Positions 36,540 through 45,404 of a stretch of DNA of 64,000 nucleotides are shown piece by piece. The stretch spans positions 4,504 through 68,503 of the forward strand of contig CABMCD010000016.1 in assembly GCA_902384555.1 (NCBI GenBank). Direction: 5' to 3'. The notes below the pieces were generated by a model, which worked only from the letters and a program-made list of their open reading frames with translations, made no database searches and had not been told where the DNA came from. Origin of the DNA: an uncultured archaeon. Lineage in GTDB: Archaea > Micrarchaeota > Micrarchaeia > Anstonellales > Anstonellaceae. Each line of letters starts with the position of its first letter. Within the stretch, counting starts at the first letter, position 1. The position numbers were made by a program, and so were the translations under genes.

Positions 36540-38488
36540 TTGCACACCGAGCTGAGCGGGATGACGTTGGCCGGGAAGATGGTGAGGTTGTTGGTGCCGT
36601 AGCGGGCCGGATAGGTGGGGAAGTCTTCCTTGCCGACTTGGGTGAGGGTGGGGTTGGAGGTGGCGAAGCGGCCGGTGCTGTAGTTGATGGGGCCGAGGCT
36701 TTCGCAGTCGGCAGGGCTGCGGCAGCCGGGCAGGCCCTGAACGAAGGGGCCGGTGCAGGCCACGCTGCGCATGTCATAGGCGTAGAACTGGTAGTCCAGG
36801 CGCGAATACTGCTCGATTTTCGGGTCGGAGGTTTTGGCGCACGCGTCGGTGGCGCCGCCCGACCACTGGCCGACGGCAAAGGACTCGATACCCTGGCCCA
36901 GCACCGAGTAGGGCGTGTTGAAGCTGTTGGGCTGGGTCCAGTAGTCGAGGAAGCGCTGGCTGTAGGACGGGCCCCAGTCCGAGCGCACGTAGAAGCCGCA
37001 GAGGGCCATGTCGCGCGGGCCGGTGAGGTCCCACGCCTTGCTGAACGAGCCGCTCGAATAAAACTTGGAGTTGAGGCCGGTCTGGCTGGTCAGGTCGTTG
37101 CACACCGGGTTGCGGAAGTCGAAGCTGGGGCTGCAGAACTGGCTGAAGTTGATTTGGTTGGAGATGAGCAGCTCGGGCAGGTTGAGGTGGTAGTTGACCG
37201 GCACGCCAACGGCCGGGTTGATGTTGTTGGTCTGGATGTAGGCCACGTTGGGGTTGTAGGGGATGGTCTCAGGGAGGACGTGCGTCGGGACGAGGGGGCA
37301 GCGCGAGTCGTTGGCACTCTGCTGGAAGATGCAGTTGAGGCAGTTGGTCTGGGTGAGGGTGGTGTAGTGGCAGCTCACCCCGCCGCGCGTCTCATCCCAG
37401 CTGGCGGAGGCCGTGCCGGAGGGCGTGGTGATGATGAGGCCGCCGAAGTAGCCGGACTCGGCGAGCGCGTCGGCCGCGCTGGAGGTCTTGTAGATGTAGG
37501 TGTTGATGCGGCTGAGGTTGTATTGGGTACTGATGATGCTGAAGCCCGAGCGCGGCTCCTCCGACACGGGGCCGAAGAACCAGCCCAAACCCTCGACGCC
37601 CTCGGCCTTGAGCTTGGCCTGCGCGTCGGTGGCGTTTCCATAGGCGGGCGAGACGTAGATGTTGCGGTGCGGGCGCAGGGTGGTGTTGAAGTTGGAGCCC
37701 GCGGCGCAGGCCTGCACGCAGGTGTCGTTGCTGGTGCGGTGCACGAAGTCGGCTCGCAGGATGGAGGGGTCGCTGAACCCGTCGATGGGAATGGAGAGGT
37801 TGACGTTCATGCGCCGCGTGATGTTGGCGAGGCCCCGCGGGTCGCTGAAGTTCATGCCCACCGTCATGGTGAGCGTCATGTTCCAGGGGCTGGTCTGATT
37901 CAGGGTGAAGTTCTCGATGCCGGTCCACTGCACGTCATAGCCCAGCATGCGCACGGCCGCGCGCGTGCGGTTGAAGAAGGCGGCGAAGGAATACTTGGTT
38001 TCGTCGCCGGAATAGGTGAGGTTGGCGTGGCCCGGCAGGCCGCTGGGGTTGGAGGCGTAGAAGAACCAGCCGCCCGGGCTGTCCTGCTGCTCGCCGGTGC
38101 TGGTCTTGAGGTAGCCCGGCGTGCTGCCGTTCGCCATCAGCTCGTAGATGGAGACGTTGAGGTAGTAGGTGCCGTCCGGGTAGGGGCCGCCCGTTGCGCC
38201 GCAGGCGTTGGGGTTGGTGCAGTACTTGATGCCGCGCACCGTGCAGTCGGGGTGGTCCTCAATGCCGGTGGCCAGCTTTTGGAGCGCGTAGATGGCGGAG
38301 GCGTTTGCATAGCGCTGCAGCGTGTCGTTGCTCACCATGCTCAGCGCGGTCTGCAACGACTCCACGCGGAAGCGCTCGGCCGCGCGGGCCTCCTCCTGCG
38401 TCTGGGCCTGCGCCCAGAGCTGAAGCGAGATGAAGATGAAGGAGAGCAGCACCAGCGCCAGCACGGTGAAGAGGAAGCCGCGTTTCAT
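36536..38488 (-). CDS. Giant pilin-like secreted glycoprotein (650 aa), Cys-rich
   Basis: N-terminus MKRGFLFTVLALVLLSFIFISL is class III-like. About 30 N-x-S/T sequons and about 22 Cys. No other TM helix. Confidence 0.55.
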   Translation of the reverse strand: MKRGFLFTVLALVLLSFIFISLQLWAQAQTQEEARAAERFRVESLQTALSMVSNDTLQRYANASAIYALQKLATGIEDHPDCTVRGIKYCTNPNACGATGGPYPDGTYYLNVSIYELMANGSTPGYLKTSTGEQQDSPGGWFFYASNPSGLPGHANLTYSGDETKYSFAAFFNRTRAAVRMLGYDVQWTGIENFTLNQTSPWNMTLTMTVGMNFSDPRGLANITRRMNVNLSIPIDGFSDPSILRADFVHRTSNDTCVQACAAGSNFNTTLRPHRNIYVSPAYGNATDAQAKLKAEGVEGLGWFFGPVSEEPRSGFSIISTQYNLSRINTYIYKTSSAADALAESGYFGGLIITTPSGTASASWDETRGGVSCHYTTLTQTNCLNCIFQQSANDSRCPLVPTHVLPETIPYNPNVAYIQTNNINPAVGVPVNYHLNLPELLISNQINFSQFCSPSFDFRNPVCNDLTSQTGLNSKFYSSGSFSKAWDLTGPRDMALCGFYVRSDWGPSYSQRFLDYWTQPNSFNTPYSVLGQGIESFAVGQWSGGATDACAKTSDPKIEQYSRLDYQFYAYDMRSVACTGPFVQGLPGCRSPADCESLGPINYSTGRFATSNPTLTQVGKEDFPTYPARYGTNNLTIFPANVIPLSSVCK

Positions 38489-38492
38489 GCCA

Positions 38493-39125
38493 TCAACCCC
38501 ACACCGTCAGGCGCACGAGCCCGAAGGTCAAATTGCCGGTCTGATACGCCGAGGCGGACTGGGCGCTGCACGGCGTTTCCACGCAGTCGGCCCGCGAGCG
38601 CTCGTTGTTGGGAGTCGGAATGTTGCCGCCCCAGCCATGGCACATCACGTTGCACCAAGGCGACTGGGGGCGCACCGGCAGGACCGAATACTCGAGCGCC
38701 AGCTGCTCGGAGGAGGCGGCGACGCGGCGGTAGGTGATGTTGATGCGCGGGTCGGACGGGTCGGCATGCATGGGGTCGGAGGCGTTGTAGATGAGCGTCC
38801 AGTTCTGGGAGGCCAAATCATAGTAGCTGTAGGCGTAGGAATAGGGCGGGCGGATGAGGTGGTTGGAGAGGCGGACGAGTTCATCGCCCGGATTGAGAGT
38901 GGAGGGCCCGCGCACGTCCGAGAGCACGGTGCGCCCGGAATCAGTGTGCGTGTTGGCCGCCGCGCGAAGGGTGTCCTTGGCCAGAAAGTCGGCCTGCAGC
39001 AGGCTCGGCCAGTAGCCGGCCGGTGTGGAGGACACGATGACCATGGACTGGATGGCGATAAGGATGAGGGAGAATGCCACGAACGCATCCAGTGAGAATA
39101 CGAAGCCCAAGAGCCGGCGCGCCAT
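38493..39125 (-). CDS. Type IV pilin-like protein
   Basis: N-terminus MARRLLGFVFSLDAFVAFSLILIAI. The gene is about 25-30 nt downstream of the shared TATA TTATAAAG. Confidence 0.5.
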   Translation of the reverse strand: MARRLLGFVFSLDAFVAFSLILIAIQSMVIVSSTPAGYWPSLLQADFLAKDTLRAAANTHTDSGRTVLSDVRGPSTLNPGDELVRLSNHLIRPPYSYAYSYYDLASQNWTLIYNASDPMHADPSDPRINITYRRVAASSEQLALEYSVLPVRPQSPWCNVMCHGWGGNIPTPNNERSRADCVETPCSAQSASAYQTGNLTFGLVRLTVWG

Positions 39126-39150
39126 CGAAGCCTCGATGGGGTTAAAACCC

Positions 39151-39158
39151 TTATAAAG
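39151..39158. promoter_or_regulatory. TATA box TTATAAAG in the divergent pilin intergenic region
   Basis: It is about 26 nt from the minus-strand ATG at 39125 and about 35 nt from the plus-strand ATG at 39193. It is the same octamer as the rpl11 promoter. Confidence 0.4.
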
Positions 39159-39192
39159 CTGCCGCGATAAGCTATCTCAGAGGGTGGTATGG

Positions 39193-39432
39193 ATGAAACG
39201 AGGGCAATTGTCGGCTGAAATGCTTATTCTGCTGGTGCTGATTCTGGCGCTGGTGGCGATTGTCTATACCCAGATGACCAAGTCGGTGAACACGGCCGGG
39301 CAGAATTTGGATGTCAAGACCCATGACATGAACAAGACCGGCACCTACTGCGTGACTGCGGACGAATGCACGAACGGCGTGGCCGGCAGCCAGCTGACCT
39401 GCGATTCCACCAACCACTGCGCCTACAAGTAA
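39193..39432 (+). CDS. Small pilin (79 aa), candidate major pilin
   Basis: N-terminus MKRGQLSAEMLILLVLILALVAIVY. Short C-terminal domain with 4 Cys. Confidence 0.6.
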   Translation: MKRGQLSAEMLILLVLILALVAIVYTQMTKSVNTAGQNLDVKTHDMNKTGTYCVTADECTNGVAGSQLTCDSTNHCAYK

Positions 39433-39459
39433 TCCGTTTCCTTTTCGAGGTCTTTTTTC

Positions 39460-39873
39460 ATGCGCGGCCAGGCCAGCATGGAATGGCTGATGCTCGGCCT
39501 CTTGGCCCTCACCCTTCTTCTTGTCGCGGCCGGAGCCGTGATGCGCATGCAGGGCGCGCAGGCCGGGCTGGCCGAGCGGCGCGTTCTCCAGCTGCAGGTG
39601 CAGGAGATGGCCTATTACGCCAACTCCATCTGCGTGCTGGGCGAGGGGAACGCGCAGGCGCTGGATTTGGCGCCTATGGAATTCATGCTGAGCTACAACG
39701 GCAGCGGACACGAGCTGGTGATGGCGGGGAAGGGCGGCGGGGCGCAAACGGCCCGGGTGGCCTGCCCCGTGAATGTGGAGAAGGCCGGCGGCTGGGGCAC
39801 GCGCGCCTATCTCTACTACGAGCCGCAGAACGGCAGGGCGGGTGTGCGCGTTTCGGACCGGCCCCAGCCATGA
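39460..39873 (+). CDS. Type IV pilin-like protein
   Basis: N-terminus MRGQASMEWLMLGLLALTLLLVA. GAGGT lies 8 nt upstream of the ATG. Confidence 0.6.
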   Translation: MRGQASMEWLMLGLLALTLLLVAAGAVMRMQGAQAGLAERRVLQLQVQEMAYYANSICVLGEGNAQALDLAPMEFMLSYNGSGHELVMAGKGGGAQTARVACPVNVEKAGGWGTRAYLYYEPQNGRAGVRVSDRPQP

Positions 39874-39934
39874 TGATAGCTTTATTTATTCGGCAATCGT
39901 TTCGCATGCAAGCATGCATGAAAGGTGATATGGG

Positions 39935-40489
39935 ATGATAGACCCTTTGTTGATACTGGGAGGCCTGATTGTGCTGGCCGTACTCGTGCTGGTGATTATC
40001 TACAACGGCCTCGTTTCCCTGCGCGCGCGGGTGGACAACGCGTGGGCGCAGATTGACGTGCAGCTCACCAAGCGGTACGAGCTCGTGCCCAACCTCGTCG
40101 AGACGGTGAAGGGCTATGCCAAGCACGAGAAAGAGGTGTTCGAGAACGTCACCAAGGCGCGTTCGATGTGGGCCGGGGCCAGCACGGTGGGCGAGAAGGC
40201 CAAGGCCGACGCCTCCTTTGCGGGCGCGCTCAAGAGCCTGATTGCGGTGGCCGAGAACTACCCCCAGCTGCGCGCGAACGAGCAGTTCAAGCTTTTGCAG
40301 GAGCAGCTGGACGGCATCGAGAGCAAGGTCGCCTATGCGAGGCAGGCCTACAACGACTCGGTGCTGGAATACAACACCAAAATCCAGACCGTGCCCGACG
40401 CGCTGATTGCCGCGCCCTTGGGCTTCACGGCGAAGGAATACTTCAAGGCCGAGGAGCAGGCCCGGCAGGCCGTGAAAGTGAAATTCTAG
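39935..40489 (+). CDS. lemA: LemA-family protein
   Basis: N-terminal TM helix and the conserved LemA core (WAQIDVQLTKRYELVPNLVETVKGYAKHE). Confidence 0.8.
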   Translation: MIDPLLILGGLIVLAVLVLVIIYNGLVSLRARVDNAWAQIDVQLTKRYELVPNLVETVKGYAKHEKEVFENVTKARSMWAGASTVGEKAKADASFAGALKSLIAVAENYPQLRANEQFKLLQEQLDGIESKVAYARQAYNDSVLEYNTKIQTVPDALIAAPLGFTAKEYFKAEEQARQAVKVKF

Positions 40490-40528
40490 TTTTTTCTTTC
40501 ATTTTTCATTTCAATCCGGCCAAATCAG

Positions 40529-41440
40529 GTGATATGGATGGGCTCTTCCTTCTGGGACGTGCAGCGCGCCAACAAAATCAAGTCCTGGGCGCTCATCCTC
40601 GCCGTCAGCCTCATCGTGTTCGCGCTGGTGTCCTTTGCCGGCTGGCTGACGGACGGCGGAGAGTGGATATTGCCCGTGGCGCTGGTGTTTGCGCTTATTT
40701 ACGCGGCGGGCGGCTATTTCTACGGCGATTCCATCGTGCTGGCCGTGCATGGCGCCAAGCCGGCCGACCCGCAGGCGGACGCCTATGTGTACAATACGGT
40801 GGAGGGGCTGGCTTTGGCGGCGCAAATCCCCAAGCCCAAGCTGTATATCATAGATGACCCCACGCCCAACGCCTTCGCCACCGGCCGGGACCCCGAGCAT
40901 GCTTCCATTGCGGTGACGACGGGGCTTTACAAGATGATGAACCGGCAGGAATTGGAGGGCGTGCTGGCGCACGAGATGTCGCACATCAAGAACTTCGACT
41001 CGCGCTTCATGACGCTGACCATTGTGATGGTGGGATTGGTGGCCATCATGGCCAACATCATTGGAAGAGGGATGTGGCTGGGCGGCGGGCGGCGCGACGA
41101 CCGCGGAGGCGGGGGGGCGCTGGCCATCATCGGCCTTTTGCTGGTGATTTTCGGGCCCTTTTTGGCGCAGCTGATTCAGCTGGCCATTAGCCGCTCGCGC
41201 GAATATCTGGCCGACGCCTCCGGCGCGCAGCTGACGCGCAACCCGGAGGGGCTGGCTTCGGCTTTGGAGAAATTGAAGGGCACCCCTCCGATGAGGAGCG
41301 CCAACTCGGCCACGGCCTCGCTGTTTATTTCCGACCCGGTGCACGGCGGGGACAAGAAGGGGATTGGCCAGCAGCTGACGGGGCTGTTCTCGACCCACCC
41401 GGCGCTGGATGACCGCATTGCGGCCTTGAGGAAGATGTGA
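40529..41440 (+). CDS. htpX: Zinc metalloprotease HtpX (M48)
   Basis: Motif HEMSHIKN (HExxH), four TM helices, typical LemA-HtpX pairing. Confidence 0.85.
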   Translation: MIWMGSSFWDVQRANKIKSWALILAVSLIVFALVSFAGWLTDGGEWILPVALVFALIYAAGGYFYGDSIVLAVHGAKPADPQADAYVYNTVEGLALAAQIPKPKLYIIDDPTPNAFATGRDPEHASIAVTTGLYKMMNRQELEGVLAHEMSHIKNFDSRFMTLTIVMVGLVAIMANIIGRGMWLGGGRRDDRGGGGALAIIGLLLVIFGPFLAQLIQLAISRSREYLADASGAQLTRNPEGLASALEKLKGTPPMRSANSATASLFISDPVHGGDKKGIGQQLTGLFSTHPALDDRIAALRKM

Positions 41441-41757
41441 GGGGTGGGAAGATGGGGTTTGTTTCCGAATTTTTGGACTTTCTCAAAAAATATCAGGTGG
41501 TCGGGCTGGCCGTGGCCTTCATCATGGGCGCGGCGGCCGGCAAGCTGGTGACTGCGCTGGTCAACGACCTGATTATGCCGATTGTCGCCGTCCTGACGCC
41601 CGGCGGCGACTGGAAGGCCGCCACGCTGGCGCTGGGCCCGTTCAAGTTTCTGGTCGGGGATTTGGCCGGCGCCCTCATCGATTTCCTGATGGTGGCCGGC
41701 GTGGTGTTCCTGATTGTGAAAATCATCATGCGTGAGGACGCCACGCTCAAGCGCTAG
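41437..41757 (+). CDS. mscL: Large-conductance mechanosensitive channel
   Basis: Length 106 aa, two TM helices, conserved FLKKYQVVGLAVAFIMGAA. Confidence 0.8.
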   Translation: MRGGKMGFVSEFLDFLKKYQVVGLAVAFIMGAAAGKLVTALVNDLIMPIVAVLTPGGDWKAATLALGPFKFLVGDLAGALIDFLMVAGVVFLIVKIIMREDATLKR

Positions 41758-42599
41758 ACTTTTTCCCATTTCATTGCGGCTTTTTCCAATATAGGCAGGA
41801 TGCGCTCGCGCTGCTCGCCGGAAAGCCCCTTCCAGTCAATGAGCGCGCCCTCGAGAGGCTCGACGGTTTTCTCGACCGCCTGCTGGAGCATTTTCTCGTC
41901 AAATTCGTCGGCCCGGTATTTGGCCAGCACATGGCCCACGGCGCGCTCTTTGCTGCCGAGCATGAGGGGCGTGAATTTGGGCGCATAGTGCCCGCCGCCG
42001 ATTCCCAAGTAGGCTTTCACTTCCGGCGCGGGCCTAAAGAGCGCCTTCATCATGGCTTCGGCCACAATGGCGCCGGCCTTTTCGTTTTCCCACTGCTCGG
42101 GGCTTGAGCCGATTTCCACGAAGATGAGCGGAAGTTTTCCATTCTTTGGCGTGGGGCCGTGGTGGTCCACTTCCATGTTGACGGGCCAGTCCAGCTTGTG
42201 TTTTTTCGCGCCCTCGGCCAGCAATTGCAGGATTTGTTTGAGCTTGGCCGCATAGGCCATGTTCAGGGTTTTCGCCTTTCCGCCGAAATCGGCCGACCCC
42301 CAGTTGCCGGGCACGTGCGCGGTGAGGGCGGGCGTGCCGGCCTCGGATTTGTGGGTGGAGGCGTAGAGGAAATAATCGGCCCGATGCGGGCCTTCGCACA
42401 AATCGGCCGGGGGCTCGATGTCGATTATTTCTTTGTCAGACCCGTGCGCCTCGACCCCGGAGCAGCAGTTCTCCTTGGCGCAAACCGAGAACGAATAGCT
42501 TTTCTCGCTTTTCTTTTTCCATTTCCAGTCTTTTTCCAAGTGGCGCATGATGTTGAGCGAGGCCGCATTGGTGGTGGAGAAAAGAATGGCGCCTTTCAT
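41754..42599 (-). CDS. dtdA: D-aminoacyl-tRNA deacylase, archaeal type (DtdA)
   Basis: About 280 aa with a GGGHYAPKFT motif. The ORF-track extension to 43238 is rejected. Confidence 0.55.
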   Translation of the reverse strand: MKGAILFSTTNAASLNIMRHLEKDWKWKKKSEKSYSFSVCAKENCCSGVEAHGSDKEIIDIEPPADLCEGPHRADYFLYASTHKSEAGTPALTAHVPGNWGSADFGGKAKTLNMAYAAKLKQILQLLAEGAKKHKLDWPVNMEVDHHGPTPKNGKLPLIFVEIGSSPEQWENEKAGAIVAEAMMKALFRPAPEVKAYLGIGGGHYAPKFTPLMLGSKERAVGHVLAKYRADEFDEKMLQQAVEKTVEPLEGALIDWKGLSGEQRERILPILEKAAMKWEKV

Positions 42600-42635
42600 A
42601 AGTAAAGAGTGGAATGTGGAATTAAATAAGCGCGC

Positions 42636-43403
42636 ATGCACCAGAAGGCGAATATGAGCAAAAAAGGCACGGCGGCCGGACGCTGCTTCTCGCGCAACTT
42701 GGGCGCCATCACACCGGGGCAGCAGCTCCTGCTCTCCCGCGCCCGCGTGGCCTTGTTCGGTCTGGGGGGCGTGGGCGGCCTTGCGGCCGAATTGGCGGTG
42801 AGGGCCGGCACGGGGCATTTGCTGGTCGCGGATTTCGACAAATTTGAACCCTCCAATTTCAACCGGCAGATTCATGCCGAAAAGAAAACAGAAGGAAAGA
42901 GAAAAGTGGAGGTGCTCGCTGGGCGGGCCAAATCCATAAACCCGAAAATAAAAATAAAGAAAATAGGCAAAAAGCTCGAATATGCCTCTCTCGAATTTTT
43001 CTCCCGCGAACTTGCTTCCTTCTCTCCGTCCATCGTCATCGACACCATGGACAGCGTGGGCTCGCGCGTGCTGCTGGCCCGCATATGCAAAAAAATGGGT
43101 GTGCCGTATGCCTATGCGGCCGCCGCGGGGGAAAGAGGGATGGTGGGCGTGGTGGAAGGAAAAGCCGACCTCGAAAAAATATTGCGCCTGCCCTCTTTCG
43201 GACTTCCCGATGAGGAGGTCGAATCCGCATTGGTCCATTACCCCCAGTGCAAGACCGCGTGGGGGCCGGCCACCAATTTAGTGGGCGTGCTGGCCGCGAA
43301 TGCGGCCCTGAATTATCTGCTCAAAAAACCATATCCAAAAGCGCCCAGATTCTGGATGACGGACTCGTTTGGAAAGAAAATAGTGCGGGAAGAGAAATTT
43401 TGA
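42636..43403 (+). CDS. ThiF/MoeB/HesA-family E1-like adenylyltransferase
   Basis: Rossmann motif VALFGLGGVGGLAAELAVRAGTGHLLVADFD. It contains a Lys-rich, low-GC insert. Confidence 0.7.
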   Translation: MHQKANMSKKGTAAGRCFSRNLGAITPGQQLLLSRARVALFGLGGVGGLAAELAVRAGTGHLLVADFDKFEPSNFNRQIHAEKKTEGKRKVEVLAGRAKSINPKIKIKKIGKKLEYASLEFFSRELASFSPSIVIDTMDSVGSRVLLARICKKMGVPYAYAAAAGERGMVGVVEGKADLEKILRLPSFGLPDEEVESALVHYPQCKTAWGPATNLVGVLAANAALNYLLKKPYPKAPRFWMTDSFGKKIVREEKF

Positions 43404-43413
43404 GCGCGTTTTT

Positions 43414-44460
43414 TCAGTTGCCGTTCGCCCGCTCGATGGAAGCCGGTTCGATTTCCTTGGCATAATTGACATACATGATGTCGCGCACGAATGACACCAG
43501 CTTCTCGGGGACGACCTTCTTGGCCTCGGCCTTGCCCAGCGCATACATGAGCTTTTGCGTGGCCGTCTGCAGCGTCATGTCGCCGCCGGAGATGGCGCCC
43601 AGCTTGAGGGGGATGGCGCCGGTCTGGTAGAGGCGCATGTTGACCGAGCCCTGGATGCACTGCGTCACCACCACAATCGGCTTGTGGAGCTGGCGGGCGT
43701 GCTCGATGCTGTCGTAATAGACCTCCGGCACGTTGCCGGCCCCGAAGCCCACGAACACGAAGGCGTGCAGGTCGGGATGGTCGATTTGGCTGGTGAAGAT
43801 GCGGCTGCCCACGCCCGACATGGGGTAGAAGAAGCCGATTTGGGTGTCGAAACTGGTGAACAGGCGCTTCTCGCCGGCCGAGTCGGCGCGCGTGATGCGG
43901 CCCTCCTGCGGCTCGATGCGGATGCCGACCTTGCCGATGGGGGCGGTGCGCGGGGAGGCGAAGGCGTCGAACCCTTCCGAATCCACCTTGATGGTGCGCG
44001 GGCCGCGGTAGATGCCGTTGCCGAACGCGATGGCCACCTCGCCATAGTCCTGCGTGGCGGCCGTGACGGCCGAGTAGAGGTTGCGCACGCCGTCGCTGCG
44101 CTCGTCAATGATGGGCAGCTGCGAGCCGGTCAGGATGACGGGCTTGCCAAGACCTTGGAGCATGAAGGTGAGCGCCGCGGCCGTGTCGCTCATGGTGTCG
44201 GTGCCGTGCACCACCACGAAGCCGTCGAAGGCGTTGGCGTTGTGGTGGATGATTTGGGCAATGTGCGCGCGCTGCTCGTGCAGCATGTTGGTGGAGTCCA
44301 GCGCCACGGGCAGGCGCTCGGCTTCGAGCTTGGCGATGCGGCCGATGTCCTTGAGGCGGGAGAGCACGCTCTGGCCGGTGGGGGAGAGCGCCCCGTTCTT
44401 TCCCGGCTTCTGGGCGATGGTCCCGCCCGTCTCGATGAGCAGGACTGAGGGTTTAGACAT
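43414..44460 (-). CDS. L-asparaginase (type I)
   Basis: Motifs TGGTIA and HGTDTM. At 348 aa it is too short for GatD. Confidence 0.75.
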   Translation of the reverse strand: MSKPSVLLIETGGTIAQKPGKNGALSPTGQSVLSRLKDIGRIAKLEAERLPVALDSTNMLHEQRAHIAQIIHHNANAFDGFVVVHGTDTMSDTAAALTFMLQGLGKPVILTGSQLPIIDERSDGVRNLYSAVTAATQDYGEVAIAFGNGIYRGPRTIKVDSEGFDAFASPRTAPIGKVGIRIEPQEGRITRADSAGEKRLFTSFDTQIGFFYPMSGVGSRIFTSQIDHPDLHAFVFVGFGAGNVPEVYYDSIEHARQLHKPIVVVTQCIQGSVNMRLYQTGAIPLKLGAISGGDMTLQTATQKLMYALGKAEAKKVVPEKLVSFVRDIMYVNYAKEIEPASIERANGN

Positions 44461-44514
44461 GTGATAAGTGGGGATGAATGGATATAAAAAGAGTTCAGAT
44501 GTGGGAAATTTGGC

Positions 44515-45177
44515 TCAAGAATCTGACCCCGGGTCCTCGAATATCGCCGTGCCGATGCGCAGCATGTTCGAGCCTTCTTCCAGCGCGATTTTCCAGTCCC
44601 CGCTCATGCCCATCGACAGCGCGGGAAGGGAGAAGGATTTGGCCAGCGCGCGCAGGCGCTTGAAGTCCTCGCGCGGGCGCTCGCGGCTGGCGATGCCCAT
44701 CAGGCCCTCCAATTTGAAATAGGGCGCGTGGATTTGCTCCAGCTTGCGAAGCTCCTGCACGGCCTGCTCCAGCTCGGCCTCGCTGGAATAGCCGGACTGG
44801 GACTCCTTGCCCGAAATGCGGAACTGCAAAAGGACGGAGAGCTTCTTCTTTTGCGCCTGCGCCTCGATGGCCAGCTTCTGGGCCAGCGCGACCGAATCCA
44901 CGGAGTGGATGCAGTCGAAAAGCTCGACCGCGTCGCGCGCCTTGTTGCGCTGCAAATGCCCCACCATGTGCAGGATGAGGTCCGGCTTCTCGGCCTTGAG
45001 CCGGACCCAGCCCTTGTCCTGCGCCTCCTGCACCTTGCTCTCGCCGAATTCGCGGCAGCCGGCGGCCAGCAGAGCCTCGACGGCGGCGCGCGGCTGGCCC
45101 TTGCTGACGGCCAGCAGGCGCACGGATTTGGGAACGGCGGCGCGCAGGGCGCGCCAGTTCGATGCGGGGTCGGCCAT
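44515..45177 (-). CDS. YggS/PLPHP-family pyridoxal-phosphate homeostasis protein
   Basis: Motifs LLAVSKGQP, GHLQRNK, LSMGMSGD, RIGTAIF. Confidence 0.8.
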   Translation of the reverse strand: MADPASNWRALRAAVPKSVRLLAVSKGQPRAAVEALLAAGCREFGESKVQEAQDKGWVRLKAEKPDLILHMVGHLQRNKARDAVELFDCIHSVDSVALAQKLAIEAQAQKKKLSVLLQFRISGKESQSGYSSEAELEQAVQELRKLEQIHAPYFKLEGLMGIASRERPREDFKRLRALAKSFSLPALSMGMSGDWKIALEEGSNMLRIGTAIFEDPGSDS

Positions 45178-45404
45178 GGAGCGTATTAGGGCGGCAAGAC
45201 ATTAAGATACAGGCAGGGGCCGGGTGGCGGCACATGGATTTTTATATATGAACATTAAATCATACGAAGTAACGGAGAATACGGGCTGACGGCCGCGCCA
45301 GGCCGCCCGAGTCTCTTGTTGCGAAATCTCGCATTTTCGACCGACGGCTCTCCGGGCGCGGCATGGGTAAGGCCCGTGCTCCAAAAACTTTGGAGGTAGA
45401 GAGC

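Noticed and set aside
43440-43460. tRNA T-loop-like sequence CCGGTTCGATTTCC
   Set aside because: Lies inside the asparaginase CDS. No acceptor or anticodon stem can be built. Has an extra T relative to GGTTCGAATCC.
43414-44460. Considered Glu-tRNA(Gln) amidotransferase subunit GatD instead of asparaginase
   Set aside because: At 348 aa it is too short and lacks the GatD-specific N-terminal domain. No gatE is adjacent.
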